A stretch of 47,990 nt of DNA, taken from Pseudomonadota bacterium. Its GTDB lineage: Bacteria > Pseudomonadota > Alphaproteobacteria > Rhizobiales > CAJQND01. The stretch lies in NCBI GenBank assembly GCA_039180225.1, contig JBCDDQ010000002.1:1-47990 (forward strand), in the 5' to 3' direction. Below, in pieces: positions 8,154 through 16,685 of this stretch; position 1 is the stretch's first letter, and each line of letters opens with the position of its first letter. Position numbers and translations under genes: made by a program. The notes under the pieces are model-generated. The model had not been told where the DNA came from. It saw only the letters and a list, made by a program, of their open reading frames with translations, and made no database searches.

Positions 8154-9470
8154 ATGAGAATTGCCATGATTGGCTCCGGCTATGTGGGTTTGGTCTCCGG
8201 AGCGTGTTTTTCTGAGTTCGGTCACTCGGTTGATTGCATCGACCATGATCCAGAGAAGGTGAGCCGGCTCAAGGCGGGCGAAGTACCGATTTACGAACCG
8301 GGACTAGACACCCTCATCGCCACCAACACCAAGGCTGGAAGGCTCTTCTTTTCCTCCGACCTGGAAGGGGCGGTGAAGGCTGCAGATATTATCTTTATTG
8401 CCGTGGGCACGCCGGGCCGGCGCTATGGCGGGGCCGTGGACATGAAGTTCGTGGAGACTGCGGCCCTGGAAATTGCAGCGGCGCTCGACGGCTTCAAGGT
8501 CATTGTCACCAAGTCCACCGTGCCGGTGGGCACCGCGCGGCGCCTTGAGGGCCTCATAAAGGAAACGCGGCCGGATGCGGATTTTGCCATGGTGTCAAAC
8601 CCGGAATTCCTGCGCGAAGGCTCCGCCATTGAAGATTTCATGCGGCCGGACAAGATCGTTGTAGGTGTTGAAGATGAGCGTGCTGAGGAGCTGATGCGGC
8701 AGGCCTACCGTCCGCTGTCTTTGCGCGATGCGCCTCTGATCATGACCGATTTTGAGACCTCAGAGCTGATCAAGTATGCCAACAACGCCTTCCTGGCTAT
8801 GCGTATCAGCTTCATGAACGAGCTTTCCGACCTCTGTGAAGCGGTTGGGGCCAATGTGAGCGAAACGGCACAAGCGCTCGGAAAAGACCGGCGCATCGGA
8901 CCTTACTTCCTACACCCCGGGCCGGCTTATGGCGGCTCCTGCTTTCCCAAGGACACACGCGCGTTGGCGGCCATCGGCCAGTCCAATGGCAGCAGCATGA
9001 CGTCGATCGAAACCACCATCAAAATCAATGAAGACCGCAAATTGAAGATGGTCGATAAGATTTGCGATGCCATGGGCGGCGATGTGAAGGGCAAGAAAAT
9101 TGCGGTTCTGGGGGTCAGCTTTAAGCCGAACACCGATGACATCCGCGAGGCGCCGGCCCTGGTGATCATTCCGGCTTTGCAGGAAAGGGGCGCAGAGATC
9201 GTGGCCCATGACCCGGTGGCCCGCAAGAATGCGGAAGCTGAGCTGAGCGATCTGGACTGGGCGGACGACCCCCTAGATGCGGTCGAAGGGGCTGATTGCC
9301 TGGTGATTTTGACCGAGTGGAATGCCTATCGCGGGCTCGACCTCAAGACGGTTGCAGGCCTTATGCGCAGCCACGTCCTGGTGGACTTGCGCAACATCTT
9401 CAACTTGACTGAGTTCGCCGATCTGCCCTTCTCCTATCATTCACTCGGTCGCAAAGTGATCACCCCATGA
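8154..9470 (+). CDS. ugd: UDP-glucose 6-dehydrogenase
   Basis: MRIAMIGSGYVGLVSGACF (NAD-binding GxGxxG), catalytic region GGSCFPKD, 438 aa. Confidence 0.92.
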   Translation: MRIAMIGSGYVGLVSGACFSEFGHSVDCIDHDPEKVSRLKAGEVPIYEPGLDTLIATNTKAGRLFFSSDLEGAVKAADIIFIAVGTPGRRYGGAVDMKFVETAALEIAAALDGFKVIVTKSTVPVGTARRLEGLIKETRPDADFAMVSNPEFLREGSAIEDFMRPDKIVVGVEDERAEELMRQAYRPLSLRDAPLIMTDFETSELIKYANNAFLAMRISFMNELSDLCEAVGANVSETAQALGKDRRIGPYFLHPGPAYGGSCFPKDTRALAAIGQSNGSSMTSIETTIKINEDRKLKMVDKICDAMGGDVKGKKIAVLGVSFKPNTDDIREAPALVIIPALQERGAEIVAHDPVARKNAEAELSDLDWADDPLDAVEGADCLVILTEWNAYRGLDLKTVAGLMRSHVLVDLRNIFNLTEFADLPFSYHSLGRKVITP

Positions 9471-9483
9471 CGGAGACTTCGCC

Positions 9484-10497
9484 ATGCGCACGCTTGTGAC
9501 CGGAGCGGCCGGCTTTATCGGCTATCATCTGGCGCGCCGGCTCATTGTTGAGGGGCACGACGTTGTCTGCCTGGACAACTTTTCCCACTATTACGACGTG
9601 AGCTTGAAACAGGCCCGCGCAGAGGAGCTGAAGCGTGCCTGCGATGTGGAGATCCTAAACCTGGACCTCACTGACGCCCCTGCGCTTTGGGCCCTCGTGC
9701 AAGAGCGTGCGCCTGAAATCGTCTATCATCTGGCCGCGCAGCCCGGCGTGCGCTACAGCCTGGAAGCGCCGCACACCTATGTGCAAAGCAATCTGACCGG
9801 CTTTGCCAACCTGTTGGAAGCCTGCCGCCAGACGCCGCCACGCCACCTGCTCTATGCCTCCTCAAGCTCGGTCTATGGGGCAAACCGGGCGCACCCTTCA
9901 AACGAGGATGGCCTGACCGACCATCCGCTTTCGCTTTATGCCGCTACGAAGAAAGCCAACGAGGCCCTCGCTCATAGCTACTCACACTTGTTCGATCTGC
10001 CCATGACGGGACTGCGGTTCTTTACGGTCTACGGAGAATGGGGACGTCCCGACATGGCCTTCTTCAAGTTCGCAGACGCCATGCGCGCAGGACGCACGAT
10101 CACCGTGCACAACCATGGCCGGATGAAGCGCGACTTCACCTATGTGGGCGACATCGTGGAGAGCCTCTTTCGGCTTATGCACAAAGCGCCTACGCCTGAC
10201 GCCGGCTGGCAATCGGCTGAGCCGAACTCCGGCACCAGCGGTGTTGCACCCTACCGGGTCCTCAACATCGGCAATGGCCAGCCAGAAGAACTGATGCGCT
10301 ACATCCGTGTGTTGGCGGAGGCCTTTGGCGTTGAGCCCAGCCTGGACATGGTGGGCATGCAGCCCGGCGAGGTTGAGGTGACCTGGGCCGATACCCAAGC
10401 GCTGGAAGCCTTGACCGGATTTCGCCCCCAGACGTCCATCGAAGACGGCATTGAGCGCTTCGCGCGCTGGCACATGACCCATTATCCGGACCTGTAA
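9484..10497 (+). CDS. NAD-dependent epimerase, UDP-glucuronate 4-epimerase type (LpsL-like)
   Basis: VTGAAGFIGYHLARRL Rossmann motif and SDR catalytic YAATKKANE (YxxxK). Starts 13 nt after ugd, the same pairing as the rkpK-lpsL genes of rhizobia. Confidence 0.85.
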   Translation: MRTLVTGAAGFIGYHLARRLIVEGHDVVCLDNFSHYYDVSLKQARAEELKRACDVEILNLDLTDAPALWALVQERAPEIVYHLAAQPGVRYSLEAPHTYVQSNLTGFANLLEACRQTPPRHLLYASSSSVYGANRAHPSNEDGLTDHPLSLYAATKKANEALAHSYSHLFDLPMTGLRFFTVYGEWGRPDMAFFKFADAMRAGRTITVHNHGRMKRDFTYVGDIVESLFRLMHKAPTPDAGWQSAEPNSGTSGVAPYRVLNIGNGQPEELMRYIRVLAEAFGVEPSLDMVGMQPGEVEVTWADTQALEALTGFRPQTSIEDGIERFARWHMTHYPDL

Positions 10498-10499
10498 CG

Positions 10500-12152
10500 T
10501 CACTCAGGCAGAACACTGACAGCGCGCGTGTAGACCGTTACATCCAGAGCTTTCTGCTTACCCTTCACCTGGATCCGTTCTGTTTGCCCCGTGCCGGCAG
10601 GGATGCTGGCGGCCGCTATGGTTGTCGCGGAAACGACCAGCTCGGCGCCAAACTGTTTGGTGGACCCCTCCAGGCGGCTGGCTGCATTGACCGTGTCCCC
10701 CAGAGCGGTGATGCGCTGGCTTGCACGGTTGCTCTGGGCAACACCCACCCGGCCCAGGATGGCCGACCCGGTGTGCATGCCAATACCGATACGCAGCGGT
10801 TCCGGCAGATCATGCGTCAGGCTCTTGTTCAGCGCACCCAAGACGCCCCCCATGGCCTTGGCAGCCCTCAACGCCGCATCAGCGCCTTTGGAGGCATCCT
10901 GGCCCATGCCGAATATGGCCATGATGCCATCGCCGATGAACTTGTCCACATAACCGTCAGAGTCCTCGATCGCTGCGCTCATCTGGCCGAGATACTGGTT
11001 GAGAATGAACACCACATCGTAGGGGTACTTGTTCTCCGACAGGGCCGTGAATCCCCTCAAATCGGCAAACATCAATGTGACTTCCTGCTCTACGCCCCAG
11101 GTGTACCGGTCGCTTGCCGTGGCATCGCGCGTCCTGACCCGATGGGCTGGCAGCAGAGTGGCCACGGAGATATCCTCTGTCGGGACCATCTGGCAGGCCA
11201 GACGTACATTGGCCGCCGCGCCCACCCTGTCCAGCACCCGTTGTTCCTCATCGGACGGGACCTCTAAACTCTCAAGGCCCTCCAGCACCCTGACCCGGCA
11301 GGTTGAGCACCGGGCCCGCCCGCCGCACACGGAGGCATGGGGGATGTTGTGGTTCCGGCTGATCTCCAACAGCGAGGCACCTTGTTCGGTCACCACATCC
11401 TCGCCGCCTGCGTAACTGACCCTGATTTGGGGTTTAAGGCGCCGCCGCCCCACCCAGACGAGCCGCAGCACAGCCGCCAGGCCAACCACTGCCAGCGCAC
11501 CCCAGGCGCCCCAGTCCAGGGCTTTCAGAATGAGCTCGACTTGCGCGGTCGTTAGAGGGTTTTCGAATTCGTACGTGGCTTCGTTCTCGCGGCCCGCCAC
11601 GGTGTATCCGGCATAGGCAAGAACAGGGATGAGAACCGCCACGCCAAACAACGGCCAAACAATGCGCTCGTACCATGGCTTCAGCCGCAGCCAAAAGTGT
11701 AGACCGATACAGGCATGAACCCAGACGAGCGTAACGAGAAACAGCAGCCGCCAGGCCTCTTTCGGCCAAACGCCAAAGAGCACGAACGAATAGTCCGTTT
11801 CCACGCCAAACAACTCGTGCGGCAACCGCGTGCCCAGCATATGGCGAAACAGGAAATAGGGAATGGCCAAACCGAAGACCAACTGCACCCCTTCCCAGGC
11901 CGTCATGCGAAGCGACCGGCGTGAGGCGAACTTGTAGAGCGCCAGTCCGATGTGAACCACCAAGGCCAATCCCAAAACAAGGCTGCCGGGCACTGAACGC
12001 GTGATGGCCACGCGGTAGAGGCGCACCTGTTCCATGGCGTCGAGGGAAATCAGTCCAACCGCGTGATTGAGCAAGTGGGTCAGCGCGAACGAAAACAGGA
12101 TGAGCCCGGAGATCAGGCGCAAACGATGCTGGCTGAAGCCGGCAAAGGTCAT
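10500..12152 (-). CDS. Multidomain class III cyclase: His-rich membrane domain + 2Fe-2S ferredoxin domain + cyclase domain
   Basis: aa 1-235 contain about 5-6 TM helices with conserved-looking His (THLLNH, VVHIGL, WVHACIGLHFW). aa 242-333 contain CGGRARCSTCRV...LACQ (C-x5-C-x2-C-x34-C, nt 11154-11429). aa 355-540 contain MFADLRGFT, DKFIGDGIMAIFG, ITALGDTVNAASRLE (nt 10533-11090). Confidence 0.85.
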   Translation of the reverse strand: MTFAGFSQHRLRLISGLILFSFALTHLLNHAVGLISLDAMEQVRLYRVAITRSVPGSLVLGLALVVHIGLALYKFASRRSLRMTAWEGVQLVFGLAIPYFLFRHMLGTRLPHELFGVETDYSFVLFGVWPKEAWRLLFLVTLVWVHACIGLHFWLRLKPWYERIVWPLFGVAVLIPVLAYAGYTVAGRENEATYEFENPLTTAQVELILKALDWGAWGALAVVGLAAVLRLVWVGRRRLKPQIRVSYAGGEDVVTEQGASLLEISRNHNIPHASVCGGRARCSTCRVRVLEGLESLEVPSDEEQRVLDRVGAAANVRLACQMVPTEDISVATLLPAHRVRTRDATASDRYTWGVEQEVTLMFADLRGFTALSENKYPYDVVFILNQYLGQMSAAIEDSDGYVDKFIGDGIMAIFGMGQDASKGADAALRAAKAMGGVLGALNKSLTHDLPEPLRIGIGMHTGSAILGRVGVAQSNRASQRITALGDTVNAASRLEGSTKQFGAELVVSATTIAAASIPAGTGQTERIQVKGKQKALDVTVYTRAVSVLPE

Positions 12153-12185
12153 AGGAGGCAGCGCCGTGCGGCAGGGCCTGGCGCC

Positions 12186-12653
12186 TTAAGTTCCTTTGGC
12201 ATCGAGCTGTTGGCGCACCTGGGACAATTCCGCGGTGGTCTTGCCCAAGCGTGCTGCCAACTCCCGCATCACCTCAACCGCCATATCAGGGAACTCTTTG
12301 ACGAGGCCTAAGAAATCTTCCTTCTTGATTTTAAGGGTTTGCAAATCCGACTTCGCTCGAATGGTTGCGGTTCGCGGCACATCACACAAAATAGCGATCT
12401 CGCCAATGAACGCGTTGTCGCCCAACACGGCCACCACGGTTTCTCCTTTGGGCGTGTTGACCACAACATCTGCCGCCCCTTTCATGATCACATAGGCGGC
12501 ATCGCCCTCATCGCCCTGGCGAAACACTTCCTGGTTCTCATCAAAGGCCAGGCGCTCAGAGGTGAACGCCAGGAGCTTCAGCTTTGACGGTTCAATCTGG
12601 GCAAACAGGGGGACGCGTCTCAGCATGTCGACTTCTTCTGACAGTGAGGACAT
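12186..12653 (-). CDS. Stand-alone cyclic nucleotide-binding (CNB/CAP-effector) domain protein
   Basis: 155 aa with VPLFAQIEPSKLKLLA, FRQGDEGDAAYVIMKG and phosphate-binding cassette FIGEIAILCDVPRTATIRA (nt 12354-12404). No HTH or other output domain follows. Confidence 0.85.
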   Translation of the reverse strand: MSSLSEEVDMLRRVPLFAQIEPSKLKLLAFTSERLAFDENQEVFRQGDEGDAAYVIMKGAADVVVNTPKGETVVAVLGDNAFIGEIAILCDVPRTATIRAKSDLQTLKIKKEDFLGLVKEFPDMAVEVMRELAARLGKTTAELSQVRQQLDAKGT

Positions 12654-12687
12654 GGTCCGGTTTCCTCCCTAATGGTTACCTTCGCAA

Positions 12688-15426
12688 TCAGGCGCTCGAC
12701 ACGAGCGTTGTGTAATGGCCGCCCTGCTCCAACAGATTGGCCGGCGTATCGTCTTCGGCAAGCGCACCTTTGTCAAACACCAGAACCCGCTTGAACGCTT
12801 CAGCAAACCGCGGCGCCTGCAAGACCCAGAACACGCCAAAGGGGTCTGATCCGTTTTCGCCGCCCGCCATCTCCAGCACACGCTCGATAATCCTTTGCTG
12901 CGTGCGGCTGTCGAGCGCTGTCAGGGCCCGGTTCACAATCAGTATATCGGGTTTTTTGACCAACGCACGCGCCAGCGACAGTTTCTGGCGCTGAGACACG
13001 TTAAGGCGTTTGCCGCCATTGCCCACGTTGAAGTTGAGGCCAACCTGGAACACCTCATCGCGCAGCTCAAGCTCATCCAGCACGTCATGAATGACGTCAC
13101 GGACCTTTTCTGGACCCTCAGCCACCCCATAGGCAACACGGCCCATCAGGATATTGTCCTGCAAGGACGCCGCGGGGTTGTAGACTTCCGGATCATAGAA
13201 CGCGATGGCGTCAGAGTGCTCCTCAGGCAGCCCTTCGCGGAACGCGCTGCGTGCTTCAAGGAGCTTGTTCTTCATATCATCATCAAGCAGACCAAAGCGG
13301 TGCTGCGGCTCCACATAATCGAACGGGAGACGCAGGAACATCTCTTGATCAGCCGGCGAAGCGTCCGTCAGCGACTGGGAGGCCGACCGGGCAAGAGCGG
13401 CTTCATATTCGGGGATCTCCTCGGAGGTCATGAAGCTCAAGCGCTCAAAGAACGGGTGGTCCGGCGGCAGGTCTTTGAAGAGCTCAGTGGCCGTTTCGGC
13501 AATCTTGTGCCCCATGTTAAAGAAGGCCTGATCCAGACCACACCTGCTCAAAACGGCGCGCACATAGGCGTTGCCCACCAGCTTCTCACGCTCAAAGGTC
13601 GGGCCTTGCGCGGTGCCGAACAGGAGGTTCTCGCCCACCGATGCCTGGAGGCTGTAGGAGTTTGGTTCAAACAGCTCCACGAGCTTTGAGAGCGCAGGGT
13701 CTTCCAGTCTTTGCCGCAAGGCCTTGCGGGCCTCAATAAACTTGGCTGCCAGCTCTGGGTCTTGCTCCGGATCAACCTGGCCTCTCAGACCGAGATCGAA
13801 CACGTCCTGGCGCAACTCAACCACATCCAACAGCTTCCTGGCCACTTCGTCGGCCTGGTTTGGATCCTCTGTGCCCAGTGCATCAAAGTCGAGCCACTCT
13901 GCTCTGATATCCAGATCGGTGTTGCCGGCGAGCGCCGCCTCGGCAATCTCCCAGGCACGCTCTTTGGGATCCACCTCTTCCGGCGCGCGTTCGCGCACGG
14001 GCTGGTGTTTGAGGCCATAGAACAAGGCGTCGCGGAAGCTGGTCTGCGGCAGATAGATGTCCGGCCCCACGTAGGCTGTGCGCCGGCCAGTGAGGGATTC
14101 ATGATGGTCGTCCAGGTTTTGCCCTTCCAGGCTGATCGACCCTGAGGTGGGCACTGTGATCCTGGCCATCACATCGGCCATGGTCTCAGCGCCTGAGTTG
14201 ACAGTGCCCACGGCGGCCACCTGTTCATCGGGGCCAAACTTGAAGGTCGCACTTTCAAGCAAGTTCGTCCCCGCGTCATCCACAACGCCGACCCGGGAGA
14301 CAGAGAAGCCCTCCTTGATGGCGGGCACCGGTCCTGCCGGCGGGGTCTGCAGCTCAGGCTCCATCATGTTGTCAGGCTGGAACTGCTCAATCACCTGGGT
14401 GTACTTGATTTGCACATCCAAACGCTGTTGGTCATAGGCGATGAGGTCCGCCACCGGCCCAGGCAGGTCCTTGTAGGCTGCAATCACAGCCACAAGCTGG
14501 CCAATGTCCAGATCACCGGTGATCACCAGGTACCCGCCAATCAGGTAGAACATGAACGGGGTCAACTGAGCCAGGAAGTTGTTGAGGAACTTGATGAAGA
14601 ACTTCCTCTGAAACAGTTCGTAACGGATGGCAAAGATGGTGCCGAGACGACTGGCAAGGTCTGCTCTTTCCCAGTTGGAGGTGTCGTTGGTGTGCACGTT
14701 GTTGATGCCGTCCACAACTTCGCCCACCCGGCCGGCGAGCGCGCGGGCGGTGAGCTGGCGACGCTTGCCCAAAATCAGCAACCGGCGGCGCAGGCGCGGA
14801 ATCAAAAACGCCTGCACCAGCACAATAGTGCCGGCGATGGCTCCCAGCCAAACGTCCTGAACCATGATGAACAGCATGGCCGTAAGTGCCTGTCCGCCCA
14901 GGAACACGGGCTGCACCAGCATGTCGCCGATAAAGCCACCCAACGGTTCCACTTCATCCTTGATCATCGTGGCCGCTTCCGGGGCTTTGATGCGCCTGAA
15001 ATAGGAGTTGGGGAACCGGAGGATGCGGTCAAGCAGCTGGTAGCGCAGGCGCCTCAACATGCGCTCTCCGAGCCGGCCCTTGTACGTGTTGATGTAGAAC
15101 TTGAAGAGCCCGTTGATGCAGACAAAACCCAAGAAGGTTGCGCACAAACAGAAAAGGAAGGATAGCTGACCCAGCTCGAAGCCGTTGAACAAAGTGACAG
15201 TTCCCGCGGAGGATATCCATGAGGGCACATCGAACGCAATTTGCAAAAACGGCTGAGTGGCCCCTTCTCCCTCAAACCCCTGGCCTTGGATCGGGCCATT
15301 GACAATGCGTTTGGGCAGATCAAGCGCCAGGAAATAGGGCACCATGGAGATCAAAATGATCGTCAAGATCCAGATCTGCTGCGCCCTCGTGTAACGCCAG
15401 ATGTATTTGAAAAGACTTGATTCCAT
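12688..15426 (-). CDS. ABC type-I-exporter-like protein (TMD + degenerate, expanded NBD); probable pseudo-ATPase
   Basis: 912 aa. N-terminal about 340 aa resemble a 6-TM ABC_membrane domain. The C-terminal NBD scaffold is recognisable (GPDEQVAAVGTVNSGAETMADVMAR; LNVSQRQKLSLARALVKKPDILIVNRALTALD) but the catalytic residues are replaced, and about 330 aa are inserted between the Q-loop and the signature. Confidence 0.8.
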   Translation of the reverse strand: MESSLFKYIWRYTRAQQIWILTIILISMVPYFLALDLPKRIVNGPIQGQGFEGEGATQPFLQIAFDVPSWISSAGTVTLFNGFELGQLSFLFCLCATFLGFVCINGLFKFYINTYKGRLGERMLRRLRYQLLDRILRFPNSYFRRIKAPEAATMIKDEVEPLGGFIGDMLVQPVFLGGQALTAMLFIMVQDVWLGAIAGTIVLVQAFLIPRLRRRLLILGKRRQLTARALAGRVGEVVDGINNVHTNDTSNWERADLASRLGTIFAIRYELFQRKFFIKFLNNFLAQLTPFMFYLIGGYLVITGDLDIGQLVAVIAAYKDLPGPVADLIAYDQQRLDVQIKYTQVIEQFQPDNMMEPELQTPPAGPVPAIKEGFSVSRVGVVDDAGTNLLESATFKFGPDEQVAAVGTVNSGAETMADVMARITVPTSGSISLEGQNLDDHHESLTGRRTAYVGPDIYLPQTSFRDALFYGLKHQPVRERAPEEVDPKERAWEIAEAALAGNTDLDIRAEWLDFDALGTEDPNQADEVARKLLDVVELRQDVFDLGLRGQVDPEQDPELAAKFIEARKALRQRLEDPALSKLVELFEPNSYSLQASVGENLLFGTAQGPTFEREKLVGNAYVRAVLSRCGLDQAFFNMGHKIAETATELFKDLPPDHPFFERLSFMTSEEIPEYEAALARSASQSLTDASPADQEMFLRLPFDYVEPQHRFGLLDDDMKNKLLEARSAFREGLPEEHSDAIAFYDPEVYNPAASLQDNILMGRVAYGVAEGPEKVRDVIHDVLDELELRDEVFQVGLNFNVGNGGKRLNVSQRQKLSLARALVKKPDILIVNRALTALDSRTQQRIIERVLEMAGGENGSDPFGVFWVLQAPRFAEAFKRVLVFDKGALAEDDTPANLLEQGGHYTTLVSSA

Positions 15427-15533
15427 TAGAAAATCGTCAACTCAGGTCAGCCCCCATACCTCGGCTGCTTACCCTTGCACAAAATGGGTAAGTCCGACAA
15501 TAAGCTAGCGCGGCCTTTTTCCGCCGAATGCCC

Positions 15534-16682
15534 TTAAGAACTAAGCTTCTCGGACAGTAAGGCGCGCAGAATTCGGGCGGACCGCTCAGCGCCGTTCAAG
15601 TCGCCTGCAGGTTCAGGGGCCGGGAGCGCCAGAGCTTCTGACATGGCCCGCGATAGCGTTGCTGCCGAAAGGTCGCGCTGATGCACGACCACAGCTCTTT
15701 TTTGCTTGGCGAGAATTTCGGCGCGCCGGGTTTGCTCGGTCTCCCCATCTGTGGAATAGGGCACCAGCACGGCACGGCAGCCCGCGCTTTGCAGGTCGGC
15801 CACGGTGTTATAGCCCGCCTGGGAGACGGAAACCTGCGCCAGCTTCATCAGGGCCGGTAAATCGGCTCTGAACCGTTCCAGGGTCACGAACGCAGGCAGC
15901 CGACCGCTTAATGCGCGAAACGTCTTTTCCGATAAGTTCGGTCCGGTCAGAACGAGCCACTTGCCGGAGGCAAAGTTAGGGTCCATGCGCGCGCCCAGAG
16001 CAGCTTCAAAGAGCTCGTCCCCGACGGCTCCGCCGCCTGCAGACACGATCACGTCGAACGCTTCACCGGCCTCCGTGTGCCCGCGCTCAGGCCCGACCCA
16101 GCCGGTATAGTGGAGCTTGGCGCTGATCAGGCCGGCCTCTGGAAAGCTCAAACTCAGCGGCGCGAAAGCCTCAGAACCGTGTACCAGGACGGCGTCGAAG
16201 TACTCCTCCACCAGCCGGCGGGTTTCGCTGATCCGCTTCGCTTTGCGGCCTTCTTGCAGGATGTCACGGATGGAGGCCGCAACCAAGGGGCGCCGCCGGG
16301 CGTTCCGCGACGCATCGAGCAGAGGCACCAGCTCGAACCGCATAATCCGGCGGGCAAACGGATAAGCCTCAATCAACAGGATGTCCGGTTCGTTCGCGGC
16401 GAACAGGTTGAGCAGCTCTGCCTTGCGCTCCGCCTTCAAAGCGTCGGTGACCGGGTTTCCTTCGCTGTCCACAAGGCTGCCAAAACCGGCCACGCCGGAC
16501 GACACCGCCGGCAGCTGAACGCATCTGGCGCCGCCCCAGTCGATACCTTCAAGCGGCTTCCCGCCATAAGCGATGGTCACCGAAAAGCCTGCCCTCACCA
16601 GGGCCCGCGCAATTCGCGACGAGCGCACAACATGCCCGATCCCAAGCAGGTGCTGCACATAGAACAGAACTTTGTGTGACAT
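15534..16682 (-). CDS. Glycosyltransferase, MurG-like GT-B fold (COG4671-type predicted glycosyl transferase)
   Basis: N-terminus VLFYVQHLLGIGHVVRSSRIARAL and C-terminal QAGYNTVADL...ETEQTRRAE resemble GT28/MurG motifs. The ORF track starts at a TTG (16685); I use the adjacent ATG at 16682, 3 nt after the upstream stop. Confidence 0.7.
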   Translation of the reverse strand: MSHKVLFYVQHLLGIGHVVRSSRIARALVRAGFSVTIAYGGKPLEGIDWGGARCVQLPAVSSGVAGFGSLVDSEGNPVTDALKAERKAELLNLFAANEPDILLIEAYPFARRIMRFELVPLLDASRNARRRPLVAASIRDILQEGRKAKRISETRRLVEEYFDAVLVHGSEAFAPLSLSFPEAGLISAKLHYTGWVGPERGHTEAGEAFDVIVSAGGGAVGDELFEAALGARMDPNFASGKWLVLTGPNLSEKTFRALSGRLPAFVTLERFRADLPALMKLAQVSVSQAGYNTVADLQSAGCRAVLVPYSTDGETEQTRRAEILAKQKRAVVVHQRDLSAATLSRAMSEALALPAPEPAGDLNGAERSARILRALLSEKLSS

Positions 16683-16685
16683 CAA

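Noticed and set aside
10500-12653. Pycsar/CBASS-like antiphage signalling interpretation of the cyclase plus cNMP-binding gene pair (and of the MBL hydrolase as an Apyc1-like counter-defence gene).
   Set aside because: The cyclases are large membrane/redox sensor proteins with the Lys-containing purine-type pocket. The CNB protein has no TM, TIR or other killing domain. The genes sit inside a glycosyltransferase operon with no mobile-element or defence-island context. Substrate specificity was not tested, so this rejection is not absolute.
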